Source: Octopus vulgaris
Lineage: Eukaryota
DNA length: 64,000 nt
NCBI GenBank assembly: GCA_951406725.2
Contig: OX597814.1
Location: 147,684,001-147,748,000, forward strand
Direction of reading: 5' to 3'
A model generated the notes under the pieces. That model made no database searches. It saw nothing but the letters and a program-made list of their open reading frames with translations, and had not been told where the DNA came from. The position numbers and the translations under genes are program-made. Below are positions 43,611 through 57,452 of this stretch, piece by piece; positions within the stretch are counted from its first letter, which is position 1; the number at the start of each line of letters is the position of its first letter.

Positions 43611-43962
43611 GTTTGCACTTGTTTCAGGTTCAGTTCCACGGCGTGAGACATTGTATAAGTGTCTCCTATTCTATAGTTTCCTCACCCCCACAGGCTGACC
43701 AATGCCTTGTGAGTAAAACAGGTAGAGAGAAACTAAGTGAAAACAGACACACGCACACAGGCGCGCGCACAAACATATACTAACACCACTTGACAACCGG
43801 TTTTGGTTTCTTTGTGTCCCTGTTACTTAGAGGTTCGTTAGAAGGAACCGCTAGAATAAATGCCAGACTTTAAAAAGAAGTACTGGGGTCGATTTGTTTG
43901 ACTAAACATTTCAAGACGGTGTTCCTGCATGATCGCAGTCCAATGACTAAAACAAGTAAAAG
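43611..43962 (+). mobile_element. Diverged SINE family A
   Basis: ggttcagttccac...gaccaatgccttgtgagt...cttgacaaccgg...gactaaaacaagtaaaag. Confidence 0.75.
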
Positions 43963-44017
43963 ACACACACACATATGCACACATTTATAAATAAATTTTA
44001 GACATTAAGAAACATGT

Positions 44018-44455
44018 AATGGTTTCAACACATGGCACAAGGCCAGCAATTTTGGGGAAGAGGATTAGTTGATTACCTCGACTCCATCCTCAACTGGTAC
44101 TTATTTTATCGTTATCCCGAAAGGATGAAACGCAAAGTAAACCTCGGCGGAATTTGAACTCAGAAAGTAAAGGCACTCGAAATGACGCTAGGCATTTTGC
44201 CCAGCGTGCTAACAGTTCTGCCGGCTCGGCACCTTAAGAAGCACGTTAATAACTGTTTCAAATTTTGAAATGTTGAAATAATGGTTTCAACATCTGGCAC
44301 AAGGCCAGCAATTTTGGAGGAGGGGTAAGTTGATTACAACGACGCCAATCGCCTCTTGGTACATATTTTATCGTATCCCGAAAGGATGAAAGGCAAAGTC
44401 AACCTCGGCCGAATTCGAACTCAGAACCGCTGCCTTAAGAAGCACCTAATTAATA
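44018..44455 (-). mobile_element. Tandem pair of SINE family B copies with shared flanks (local duplication)
   Basis: On the plus strand both begin aatggtttcaaca..tggcacaaggccagcaatttt and end ccttaagaagcac; the second has an internal deletion. Confidence 0.8.
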
Positions 44456-45064
44456 ACACGATTAACTTTATTGCATTCAAAAGTCTGTTTAGTTGTATGC
44501 GTGTTTCGATCCCTTATATCGTACCACTGCAACCGATAATTGTTCTCTTGCATTGATTATTATTTTAATACATTTGTATCAGTTTACTTCAAAATAACGC
44601 TCCTGTTTGTAGTTGAGAGTAGTTATAAAATATCAGACAGTTTGGTGATGGAAATAACCAGAGAAAAACAAATGTTATTAACGTAGAACTTTATGGAGCT
44701 TTTATTTCATTTTTGTTCAAAATAGTCCCATTCATAGTTGTTAAATGAGATTAGTTTGGTTTGGAAGTTAATAGAATTGTGAGCTAGGTATATTATTTTT
44801 GTCCAGAAATGAAGTAAACGGTGTTTCTTAGGACGTTAGACGTCTATTTACAGAAACGTATTATTCTTGTTGCTCTTTTGTAGTCTTCGGCTCCGCTGAT
44901 AAAATGGTTTCTGCCATTTTCATAGCTTGGTTGGCTTGTATGCTATGTTGTTTTAATTTTTCGAATTTTCCAACAAAGGACAAGTCACCGGTTTCTTGTC
45001 TAGAAACATGGCATTTTCATTAGAATTTAGACAACAGCAAACAGGAGAGTCTTCTTTGTAACCG

Positions 45065-45123
<59 letters not shown>

Positions 45124-45299
45124 CCATTCATATGCATGGATAGCAGTGTAGATATGCATCTAGTTACATACAGTACTTCATGAATATTTTAGATATTTTC
45201 AGAGTAAATTTGATTGCTTGTGGATATAATCTTTTTATTAGGCATATTATTTTATTTTGTCTACTTTTGAGAAAGAGTGATTCTTAAGATTAGTACAGT

Positions 45300-46000
45300 T
45301 AGTTACGTGTCAGGTGTTTTAATAATTTTGGATAGAAATCTTGAATTATAGCCATGATGGATTTCTCATCATTTCGGCATAAAAATGACATCAACGGGGC
45401 AACATGGCTCAGCTACTGTGCATAGTTGTTCTGTCCCAGGTCACAAAACCTTGTTATTCTCTTTCCAGGCACAGTCTGAAACAATACTCTCTATGCCCTC
45501 CACATCACTGTAGCTTCTTATATTTCTCTCTTCAATTTTATATTTTGGATGGATTTCATTATATAATTCTCAAGCTACGATATCATATCTCTTAGTCAAT
45601 GCCGTGAAATATCCAATACGTTAAATCCAGTGAATCTGCGTCGGCGTGTTAGCTGCATCCCTTCCCAATTTGTACATCCTATATCCTATGGTTATTTCCT
45701 GTTGCTGTATAAATGTACTCACGCGGACACATACATTCATCAGTTGTATATTTACTTCATTGCCTCAAGGGTTGATCGATAATTTTGTAAAGTGCACTTA
45801 CCAAATTATTTCTTTCTTTTCCACTAAACCTATGTGAGAGCGCGCGTGTCTTAATAAGTCTTTCGTGGATAGTATATCTTGAATATCAGTCAAGCTATCA
45901 TCAGTAGCTCATAATGCAGAGGAACAAAAACTTCTTAGACAGAAAGCTACCGGGGGAATCGAACAATACATCTTATATAACCGCAACGCTCATGATACCA
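45300..46000 (-). pseudogene. Highly decayed RLE non-LTR retrotransposon fragment
   Basis: Minus-strand remnants IQQQEITIGY, KRYDIVA*ELYNEI and VTWDR..CTVAEPCCPVDV resemble the 41700-42120 lineage. Confidence 0.5.
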
Positions 46001-46240
46001 TTACTCTGGTGTGCATGATTCGAATTCGCAAAGATTTTCCTCATGTTTTGCGACCAAGGAATTCTTTACTTCATGTATTTTGAGCTATTATTTACAGCTG
46101 AAGTGGCCACTGAGATGCAGTTTATAGAAGACGTGTTTACATCGTTCACTATGCTTCTATATCACACACGCATACAAACCACATTCATACATACATACAA
46201 ACAACAAGTGAAACTGTTCCGGTGCTTTACTCATAAAAGC

Positions 46241-46547
46241 GTGGAGGCGCAATGGCCCAGTAGTTAGGGCAGCGGACTCGCGGTCGGAGGATCGCGGTTT
46301 CGATTCCCAGACCAGGCGTTGTGTGTTTATTGAGCGAAAACACCTAAAAGCTCCACGAGGCACCGGCAGGGGTGGGGTGGCGACCACTGTTGTACTCTTT
46401 CACCACAAATTTCTCTCACTCTTCCTGTTTCTTGAGTAACGCTGCGATGGACTGGCGTCCCGTCTAGCTGGGAGGAACACATACGCCACAGAAACCGGGA
46501 AACCGGGCCCATGAGCCTGGCTAGGCTTGAAAAGGGCGAGAGATATA
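46241..46547 (+). mobile_element. tRNA-derived SINE family C with a V-like domain and 9-bp TSD
   Basis: A box tggcccagtagtt, B box gtttcgattcc, V-domain-like ctgcgatggactggcgtcccgtc; TSD CATAAAAGC at 46232-46240 and 46548-46556. Confidence 0.9.
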
Positions 46548-47058
46548 CATAAAAGCAGAACAAAGATTGTTGTGCAGCGCACTTGTGGAAGATACGCATT
46601 ACCTGGTAAGTTTATGTAACTGATAAGATATATGTGTGGTATGAATTTTGAATAAACAAAATATATTCAATAAATTATATAGATTATTCAGCTTGAAATT
46701 TTTCTACATATAATATGCCATATTCATAGTTGAATTGAATATCGAGCTTTAAAGTGGCCTGTGGACTTTGTTACATCATTAAATTCGAATAATAGCCATA
46801 TATACCATCTTCCGCCTGGCACTTTGGAATAAAATATATATAGACTGTCACAAAATGGTGGTGTCGTGAAAGCGTTAAATTGCTTTCTAGTAATAAGGTA
46901 TTTATATACACAGACATTCAACACCTACATATTTTCTATTTCATTTTTTTCTCAACACACTGCCCAACTTGTATGTATGTTAATTGGCGAAGGTAAATTT
47001 GCAGGCATCGAGGTAGCAAAGGAATCGTCATAACTACATATATCATTATTATTATTAT

Positions 47059-47182
47059 TCAATAGTTTTATTTTTATAGCGTGCTTTCACTTCACTACCG
47101 AGCGCAGCTCCGTGTGCCTTGGGTATGTGCTGTGGTTTGCAGTGATGCTTATATGGTTACTGTAGTGAAAGTATTTTGCGTA
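47059..47182 (-). mobile_element. Probable 3' end of a Dong-like LINE with a (TAA)n tail
   Basis: Minus strand reads RKILSLQ* then ~100-nt UTR, aataaa and (TAA)n; flanked by (ATT)n on both sides. Confidence 0.5.
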
Positions 47183-47199
47183 TATTATTATTATTATCA

Positions 47200-47744
47200 T
47201 TGAGTGAGAGAGCAGTGCATTCCATCAAAGTAACACTGGGGTAAAATATACGAAGCCCAGTATACCCATCACGACTACCCGTCTGATAAGGGTACACTAG
47301 GCACATGCATCCCAACCACGTGTGCGCGACATGGTGATCTCATATCAAGACAAACAGCGCATGACCTTGCAGGTGGGGCCTAGTTAGAATTTTCTTCTGG
47401 TCAAGTAGCCCATCCCGCTCAAATAGTTTCTGATTAAGGACTGTTTAAGGATGTTGAACGAAACACCCATATTTCCAAATGTGAATTATTCAAATCTCTA
47501 AGAATTCCTTTCAATACATGGCTATGATGCTCCCACACTACTTCTGCTTGTGATCAGCGATGCACATATCGTCAGCCACTAAGGGACATGGTCAATTGGT
47601 TATGGTCAATCAATTGACAAGCAAATCTGTGGTATTGAGTAGAATATTTGCTGTAACACATCTTTTACACCAAGATAAAACAATGAACATGATAACACTT
47701 CCAATCAGTTAAGATCAGCAGCCATGAGAGTACTGCTTCAGGGC

Positions 47745-47746
<2 letters not shown>
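47200..47746 (-). mobile_element. Longest copy (~547 bp) of a (TAA)n-associated non-autonomous element
   Basis: Bounded by (ATT)n on both sides; five related copies or fragments in the window; no TIR, tRNA head or recognisable ORF seen. Confidence 0.85.
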
Positions 47747-47796
<50 letters not shown>

Positions 47797-49319
47797 TAAA
47801 GTTATTATAAAAACACTTTTACATTAAGCTGAATGATAATTCAATACTTTTTATACAGTATTGTCTGTGATTTCGAAGTTACGGCCAGCTTAACCTTCAT
47901 CTGACTGCCTGATGAAGTACAATTACAGTAAAATAATTAAAGAATAAAACGGAGAACCAGACAGATACTAATGGTCTGTAATAAAATTCATCTCCAGAAT
48001 TTTCTTTGTAGTTCACTATTGCTCTTCTATAGAGAACTGTTAATCCTATTTGGATATCTTCCAGTCAATGTTATCTGGTCTTTTTTCTAGATAGTGTATC
48101 GAGGATTGCATTATGCGAAAATTGCAGTATATAAAAACGACAGGAAAGCAATTTAAGGTAGATTTCATTGCTATTTCTATCATGTCCAGACGCCATTTTT
48201 AGTAGTTCATTAGAGTGAAAAAAAAACTACTTCTAGGTATTTTTTAACATTTGTGAGAGTGAGCACAGTTAATGTAGATTTCGTTGCTCCACTATATTAT
48301 TTTATACAAATACTCGTACATGCAGCAATGCACAAGAAACTGCGCGCGCACACACGCACGCTCTCACAAATGCGTGCGCTCACAGACATATCTACAGACT
48401 ATAAGACAGTCAGACCTTGGATAATTTTATATTTCTCTGCGTTTGTACGTAGTATGATGACTGTGTCTGTGTGTGCGGGTTAGTAAATATCTGAACATGC
48501 ATACACGCAAACACACAGAACACCTAATCAATATATAGACGCACGGGCACATATATATTTACACTAACATGCATATATATATATATAAAAGCACACACAC
48601 ATATATGCACATAAACATACACACTCATGTGTATGCATACATATAAGCATACATGCCTTATATATATATGCATGTAAAGATAGATAGATAGATAGACAGA
48701 TAGATAGATAGATCGCATTATGGCTACAAATACGACTAAATCAATGAACAATTTTTCAAAGAATATTATTAATTAGTCGTTATACTACCTCAACACCTGT
48801 GAGTAGACAATGCCCGCTGATGTGGTTTAATAAGGCCGAAACACAGTTGTTGCCGCAGCCACTATGGATTATATTCACGATCAAATTCTCCATTTATAAA
48901 TTATATGTAGACAATTGAACAGTTATTGTTTCCTCATTTGCCATTGCTCTTCCTTAAAGTTAGAGGCTTTTCTTTAAACTGTGCGTATAATTTCAATTCA
49001 GTAATTATGATGTTACTTTCTTCATAACGGAAGACTGCATTTGTCATTATTTTTGTAATGCAAGAGGAACCCGTGAAAACTTTTCCACTCATTCTCTCCT
49101 CCTTTCACTCCTTCGACTCATGCTGTATATGTGTGCGTGTCTGTGTGTATATATGTTTAAATATATATGTGCGTGTATATATACATATATATATATATAC
49201 ACGCACATATATATTTAAACATATATACATGTATATACACGTATATATATATATACATACACACACATATACATACACAAGTCTACATGTACATGCAAAC
49301 ATGTGCATATACATATATA

Positions 49320-49615
49320 TATGCACGTGTGTATATGCATGTACATGCGCACGTGTATATACATGTACACGCAAACGTGTATATACATGTACATGCGCAC
49401 GTGTATATACATGTACATGCACAGGCGTATATAAATGTACATGCACACGTGTATATAAATGTACATGCACACGTGTATATACATGTACATGCACACGTGT
49501 ATATACATGTACATGCTGACGTCTGTATATACATGTACATGCGCACGTGTATATAAATGTACATGCTGACGTGTGTACATACATGTACATACACACATGT
49601 GTATATACATGTACA
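49320..49615. repeat. 24-bp minisatellite (catgtacatgcacacgtgtatata)n
   Basis: About 12 imperfect tandem units within an alternating purine-pyrimidine region. Confidence 0.9.
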
Positions 49616-50547
49616 AGCACACATGTACATGTATATATGTGCGTACACACGTGTATACAGTTACTGACATACGTATGTTTATGCATGCATATACACACGT
49701 GTATGTGTACATGTTTATACACACATGCATATACATATACATAGTGAAATATGTGTGTATAAACATATGCACACAGATGAGTGTATTAATTCATATATAT
49801 ATATATATATATATACACATACACCTACACACATGCGTTTATGAACGTACATGGTCATATGTATTGTGTACCTACTTACGTATATGACTATATATCTGAG
49901 CAAATGCGAAAGTGTGTACATCCGCTTTACAAGTCGTTAGACTTCGGTAGGCAGGCAAACCATGGCAACTACACTCCTACTTCCTCCTAAAGTACATGTT
50001 ATTCACAATTTCCTTTATATTTCTAAACGCATGCATGCACTGAAACACACCCATATACGCCCCGCCATCCTCTTGCCACCACATCGCATGGACACATGCG
50101 GTTCACAGGCATGCAGACACATCCGCATGCACACACTCACGTAGCGAATATGCCAACCATGCATATATGTTCGACATACATACGAGCATACATCCATAGA
50201 AACATGGCGATTTTCCCCTTTAGATTCGAATGTTCCAATGCCCATGCGCATGAGCGTAACGTTGGTTAAGACACAGGCGGCCGTATGTTGATGTTTGTTT
50301 TCTTCAGCAGGCAGACAAGAATGTATGTCTGTGTATTGTGCTTCATTATATGTACGCGAGTGACTCTTTCATGATGTAATTGTTTCAGTTTCAATGCACG
50401 ATCTTAGATCAAATCACTTGCCAAGCAAATGCAAAATGTGTGTGTCTCTCTCTTCCTGTGTATAAATCCATGCATGCATTCACACACATACGCGCGCACA
50501 CACTCATATAGAGACACATTTATATACCTAAACATATATTGTATGCA

Positions 50548-50580
<33 letters not shown>

Positions 50581-50581
50581 T

Positions 50582-50615
<34 letters not shown>

Positions 50616-50709
50616 AGTGTGTTCGCAACCATCTACATATATGTACCCCTGAGAAACATATACCCCCACACGCATATATATATATAATGTATATGCTTTG
50701 TGTATTTTC

Positions 50710-50749
<40 letters not shown>

Positions 50750-50754
50750 CATAT

Positions 50755-50950
50755 GTTTGGTCCCCCTCCATCGCTTGACAACCTTAGTTGGTGTGCTTAC
50801 GCCCCCGTAAACTAGCGGTTTGGCAAAACAGACCAATAGAATAAGTATTAGGCTTACAACGAATAAGTCTGGAGTCTAGATCTTCAGCTAAATGCGCTGC
50901 TCCAACTTGATCGCAGTCAAATGACTGAAGCATATGAAAGAATAAAAGAA
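50755..50950 (+). mobile_element. SINE family A 3' half
   Basis: cgcttgacaacc...gcggtttggcaaaacagaccaatagaataagta. Confidence 0.8.
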
Positions 50951-53074
50951 TGTATGTATTAGATTCATAATTTCCTAGAATTTGACTAATTATTTTTAAT
51001 TACTAGATTTTGTGCATTATAAACGTCTTATCGCGTATTTATCTCTCGTTTCTACAAAATGCCTATTTCTTTCACGAATATCTAAAATGACTCGAATCGC
51101 TCTATGAATGAGAGCGACTTCAATTTGAAGGCTATGATCTTTGTTGAAGAAACTACTTCCTTTCACTATTCCGATTTCTTTGGCTGGTGTGATATAATTC
51201 TTTGCTTCTGCAATTGGTATTTCTTACCTCTGCCGCATTTGAACTCAGAACTCAAACGACAGTTGCTCGCTTAATTCAAATACTCCACGGCGTTGTAACT
51301 GTCGTCTGCTCTAGCGTATTTATTACAGCACTTTGCCTATTTATTACAGCACTGTAATAAAACCGAAACGATGTGCCTGTTTGTGTAAAATTTGATTTGG
51401 TGTAATGTAAGTATATCTCTAAACAACTGTATTAGTTTCGACATACAAACCGAGATCAAATCTCTCGTCAAACATGTTTAACAAAGGAATACGCAGGAAC
51501 ATATAAAAGGGAAAGTTTAAATTTGGTCTCCCTCCTGAACATATTACGTATGTATTTGCATGTGAATAAAAGTAGGTATGAATGTATAAATGTACGCATG
51601 TTTACTGTGTGTTTGAGAGAGAGAGAGAGAGAGTGTGTGTGTGTGTGTATGTGTACACATGTACATAGATGTGTATACAGGTAAATATATGTGTGTATAC
51701 TTGTATGGATGCATGTAAATATATACATATAAATATATAGAAATATATAAGTGCTTACATATAGATACTATATATATATATGTATACATGTAAATAAATA
51801 TGTATATATTTAAAATGTGTGTGAAAGCAAATATTTATGTACGTATTGTTTCATGAATGTTTCAGTTAGTAAATATATATATAAATTAAACAAATGAAAA
51901 AAAATGAAAGCCACAATTTACGGCAAATTCCTGAGTACATAGATATAATTTGGATGTATTATTCGAAAACAATAAATAAATAGCGAATACGAATTCTGTT
52001 AGCAAACGAATACATACATGTATGTGTGTGTAGCTGTGTATGTATATGTATAGAAACATATGCCTACATACACATAGGCAGGGGAAAATGATCGTCAGTA
52101 GTTCTAATACTAGGTTTACTTGCTGACGAAAACAACATAAGTAATAACAATAAAACGCAACTAAAACACATGATATTAGATGAACATAGCTGCCAAAATG
52201 TATTAGTATGAAGTATACGTACATTCAACAAATTTAACATCAGCAACTACAGCGAGAGTGAAATTCATAAAAAGATAACAAAAGCCACAACCATAGCAAT
52301 ACATATAGTAGAAAACACCAAGTAGAACAACAACAACAAGATAAAAATAGCAACAATAATAATAAAAAAACATATACACACACACAAAGAAACAAAGAAA
52401 TAAACAAACATCAATCGTATACGAAGAACAGCAACAATAACAACCACAACAGTAATAATGACTAACAGCAAGAAACCGTGTATTTTATTGTCTGGTCTTC
52501 TTGCATGAGTTACGTTGCAGACAAACGTCTACCAACATTTTGGTGTAATGAGTAGTTTTCCTCCTGGTGATATAAGCGGCCCATTTGTTTATTTTTCTGG
52601 CTCTGTGTTTAGCAATGAAGCTCTGCAAAAGACATTTAATGGTAGACGGGTTATGGATTTTAGTAGTTAAGCTGTATGTATACAATGGTGGGAGGGAACA
52701 GCGGCCAACATTGCTTCCATAAACACTATGGTAACTTCACTGATGAAATGCGCAGCAGCAGGTGATCTGTTCTTTTCATACTCCTCTCACTCTTCCTCCT
52801 GTTTTCTATCTTTGCTTACATACATGAATGCAAACATACAAGTGTATGTGTGTACACATATAGATATGTGCATGTGTATTATGTACATATGTATGAGTGT
52901 AAATAAATATGTGTATGCATATGTACATATGTATGTGTGTATTTGTATGTATGTGTGTATATATATATGTGTATATATATATGTGTGTGTGTGTACATAT
53001 ATGTATGAGTGTATACATATATATATATGTGTGTGTATGTGTGGGTATATATATATGTGTATGTGTTATTATAT

Positions 53075-53305
53075 ATGTATGTGTGGGCATGTGTATGTGT
53101 GGGCATATATATGTGTATGCGTGGGCATATACATGTATATGCGTGGGCATATACATGTGTATGCGTGGGCATATATGTGTATGTGTGGGCATATACATAT
53201 GTATGTGTGGGCATATACATGTGTATGCGTGGGCATATACATGTGTATGCGTGGGCATATATATGTGTATTTGTGGGCATATATATGTATATGTGTGGGC
53301 ATATA
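53075..53305. repeat. 22-bp minisatellite (atgtgtatgcgtgggcatatac)n
   Basis: About 11 imperfect units anchored on gtgggcat. Confidence 0.9.
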
Positions 53306-53875
53306 TATATATATTGGTATGTGTGTATATATATATGTGTGTGTGTGTGTATGTGTGTGTATATATAAGTATGTGTGTGTATAAATATGTATGTGTGTGT
53401 GTGTATATATGTGTATATGTGTATATATATGTATATATTTGTGTTTGTGTATATATGTATATATATATGTGTGTGTGTGTGCGCGCGTGATTGTGTGTGT
53501 TCAGCGTACCAGGATACAGTGAGAATGCTGTGGTGTGCGTCAGCAAAATTTAATGGTCAATTTTAAAATTTCTGAAGTTCGTATTTCGTTGGGAACAGAG
53601 TTTCCGGCGTTTGAAACAAATTCTTGAAGGGGAGAAAGAAAATATTTTTGTTCATCTTGAGTTCGACTGTAGTAGCGAATTACAGGAATTGAGTTGATAT
53701 TTGGGCATGCTTGAGAGGGAAGTTTGGAGAGAGAGAGAGAGAGAGAGAGAGAGATACGTAGTAAAGGAGAGAGAAGTGAATTTGCGAAGTAAAGAGGATA
53801 GAAATGGCCAGTTTAGTAGTTTAAGATATGATTTTGTTAACCACAATGAGTGAGCAATATTCACTCTCACTCATA

Positions 53876-53913
<38 letters not shown>

Positions 53914-53916
<3 letters not shown>

Positions 53917-54043
53917 CCTTTCTGTAGAAGAGCGTAGGCTCGAAACGTAAAGTATTTTTTCTATTCCTGAGCGCTATACTAATACATCTGTTTGTTTTGT
54001 ACACCACCTGTCTTCGTCTTTTCTTTATTTTCGTAAACTTTCC

Positions 54044-54047
<4 letters not shown>
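53914..54047 (+). mobile_element. Short microsatellite-flanked module with a hammerhead-like motif
   Basis: CTTT-CTGTAGA-A-GAGC gtag GCTC-GAAA-CG-TA|AAG; downstream ttcctgagcgctatactaatac resembles the 63474 module. Confidence 0.6.
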
Positions 54048-54088
<41 letters not shown>

Positions 54089-54093
<5 letters not shown>

Positions 54094-54226
54094 AGGAGTG
54101 GCTGTGTGGTAAGAAGCTTGCTTCTCCATCACTGCCTGGCACCTTGGGCAAGTGTCTTCTACTCTAGCCTCAGGACGACCAAAGTCTTATGAGTGGATTT
54201 GGTAGACGGAAACTGAAAGAAGCCTG

Positions 54227-54266
<40 letters not shown>

Positions 54267-55240
54267 CCTTCCCCTCTCTCTCTTTCTCTCTCTGCTTCAC
54301 CCTTCTCTCTAGCCGCTTGTCTTCCTCTATCTGTCTCTCTCTCTCTCTCTCTCTCCCACTCCTCCTCACTTTCGTCACTGCTAATCCTTTTGCCTGTTGC
54401 ATTCAGGTCCTAAGGTCATGTTTCCCAGCGCTCGCCAGTTACCTTCTCGTCCCCGCCAGAACAAAGGCCTTCGTTCGTCTTTTTCGTTTGTTCTCTTGTT
54501 TATTTTGATTTCTCGTATTGTAATTTAATTCTCGTTTTGTATTTTCTTGTACATGTATCTTTAATTTTGTATTTTTTTTCTTTTTTTCTTGTATTTTTTC
54601 GTGCAGTTCTTTGTTACGTCCCTTTTTGTGTTACATTTTTTTCTTGCTCGTTTTACCCTCCTACGAGGTTATTTTATTTTAATTCTCTCGTAGGAAGGCC
54701 TAGCATGACAGACGTGTCCTGTCTTGCCTTCGAAACACGCTATGTCTGCTAGCGACAGCTGATGAAGGGGATTTTTCCCTGTGCAGCATGTCCTGTACTT
54801 CGTTTTTCTGCTGTACATAATTGTTTTTCCCGTTTTCGTTTCGTCTTGTTCCACGTCTCTGTCCTTCCGTTGTAACAAAATGGCTTTTCCGTTTTCGTTT
54901 CTGTTGATTTTTACGTCTTCTTGTGGTATCCTGTACGTATATATATTTATATATGCATGTATATATACATGTAGATGTCGGTACGTACATATATGTTTGT
55001 ATGTATGCATATATTTTATTTATTACACTATATATATATATATATGCGTGTCTGTGTTTTCCCCCCTCCACGTACCCACCCATCATCGCTTAACAACCGA
55101 TGCTGGTGTGTTTGTCCATGTAACTTAGTGGTTTGGGAAAAGAGAACGATAGAATAAGTACTAGGCTTACAAAGAATAAACCCTTTAACGCGGTGCACCA
55201 GCATGACCGCAGTCACATGACTGAAGCAAGTAAAAGAAAG
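54089..55240 (+). mobile_element. SINE family A split by a ~0.7-kb insertion in its internal (TA)n
   Basis: 5' half 54089-54228, 3' half ~55046-55240; intervening 54265-54938 is bounded by (TA)n. Confidence 0.8.
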
Positions 55241-57167
55241 GAATATATAATACACTCACATGCAGATAGTAACTGCCTAGGAACACGCTGACATAAATAT
55301 GTAATTACGCATACACACAAGATAAGCTATGCTAACATCTCGCATCTTTCTGTGTTTGATTGCGCGCTCACAAACAACCCCCATCTCCACACACACACAC
55401 AGTTACACCTTTCCCAACAGTATTAAAAATATGATAGACATGAAATTGAAATTAGAAATATTTATAAAATACATTCTTAATGAAGCATTGTATATACTGT
55501 ATATATAATGTATATATATAAAATCTGCTGAATGATGTTTTGAAGAGAAGAAATGTTCCTTCAGATTTACGAGAAAAATACTCTGAGGCACGAATACCAT
55601 GCATTGCTTTTTCCCTTCCCAGAAATTTGCTGTTGCTTTCGGTTATGTGATTCTTTCGACAAGAGAAGTTAGACTAACCAGGTGAATGGAAATGGCATTC
55701 AGTATGTTGATCTAGAATGCTGTACCTTTAGGCCGCTGAGAAAAACTACATGGATAGTAGTGGACAGTTGCAGGTTGTTTACAGTGACCGATATCACGAA
55801 CGGTGATTTGTGTATGATAAGCAGAAGAAGGGGAATTGTAGGATTGAATGAAACATGTGCAAGTATGTGATTAAGCTTTTGTGAGTGGGATGTAGGCGAA
55901 GCAAGTATTAGTTTATCGACCATATAGCTCTAGAGCGAGTTCAGTGACATGACCAAAAATATCTTATTCTCTTTCTATCTCATCCGTTTCCGAATACTTC
56001 AACTCTCTCCGTCGCAACTATTCGATCCCACCAATTTTCTTTATACGCCTAAGTACTCATCCTCTGCCATGTCCTGTCATTCACCACTGGGTCCACGATC
56101 TCACGAACGAAGGATGAAGACAAACTTTTTTCTTCCGAAATGTCAGCACACGAACCTTTTACACACACATGCTCACACTCACTCACTCACTCACTCACTC
56201 ACAGATGTCTCCTCATGTGGCTTATTCAAACTTTTCTTCAAACACCTTCGACTTCTAGCTTCTAATTCGGCAAGCTCATATATATTTAAATACATCGGTA
56301 GTCAGTACCACCCTTAGGAACCCCTGATGTTTTGCAATGTCTTTTTCTATCGTATAACATCCATTGTTAGTACACTAAACTTGTCATTTCGTTGGTATTA
56401 TAGTTGACTGTATTGTTGGTTCTTAGGCTGATGTTGTTTCTATGGTAGATGTTGATGTTACCGATAAAGTTAACGTAATTGTGGCACTTATATTTGATCT
56501 TGTTTTTACTTTTTATGGTTCATATTATGTTCCTCTTCTGGTTCATGTCACCCTCGCTGCAATGTTTGATTGCACTGTTATTGCTTATAACAACAGATCC
56601 GCCATCATAAAGCAATGATATGATCTAAAACATTCTTGATATGACCACCCCATCTTATTTTTAAGCGTTTTGTATTTACGGCTACACTATGCTATACTTC
56701 TTTTATTTTAAAAAGAAAAAAGGGGGAGATGATTTTGAGGGAGATGTGAAAAGTTATTTCTAGCAGTAGTTGTACGCAGTTTCACTGCAAACCAAAATAT
56801 ATTTTATATATTTATATAAAAAATGTTATGTTCTTTGTTTATAATTCAGAGAATTTTTGTGGCACCGATGTCTGGTATAACGCAATTTATTTCTTGGAAA
56901 TGTTCCAATATTTTCATGCTTCAAGTGATTGTTACTTCATAACTTCCAGATCTGAACATATTCCCACATAGCAATATTTCCACATCCTTCTCTTTCGAAC
57001 AAAGGGCATCGAACGAAAGGCCAGTCTCGGCTCGTACGATATTCTGGCGTTCATAATTTATTCTATGCGGGCACGTCTCTTCCTCTGTCCCTCTCTCTCT
57101 ATCTATTTATATGTCACTATCTATAAGTATATAAGTGTGTATGTATTTGTATGTATACGTGTTTGTA

Positions 57168-57356
57168 TAGATGGATGGATGGATGGATAGATAGATATAT
57201 GGATAGATAGATATATGGATGGATGGATGGATAGATAGATAGATAGATAGATATATGGATAGATAGAGATGGATAGATAGATAGATAGATATATGGATGG
57301 ATAGATAGATAGATAGATGGATGGATAGATATATTGATGGATAGATAGATAGATAA

Positions 57357-57452
<96 letters not shown>
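57168..57452. repeat. (GATG)/(GATA)n microsatellite
   Basis: Direct tandem repeat. Confidence 0.97.

Noticed and set aside
46241-46315. tRNA gene
   Set aside because: A and B boxes are present, but I could not form a proper acceptor stem, and the sequence continues into a SINE body bounded by a TSD.
47905-47945. Isolated CTGATGA boxes (also at ~52740 and CTGACGA at 12838)
   Set aside because: No properly placed GAAA box or supporting stems.
56920-57060. Tigger/pogo-like remnant (YERQNIVRAETGLSFDAL, minus strand)
   Set aside because: Only a loose resemblance to the FNADETGL motif, and no TIRs were seen.
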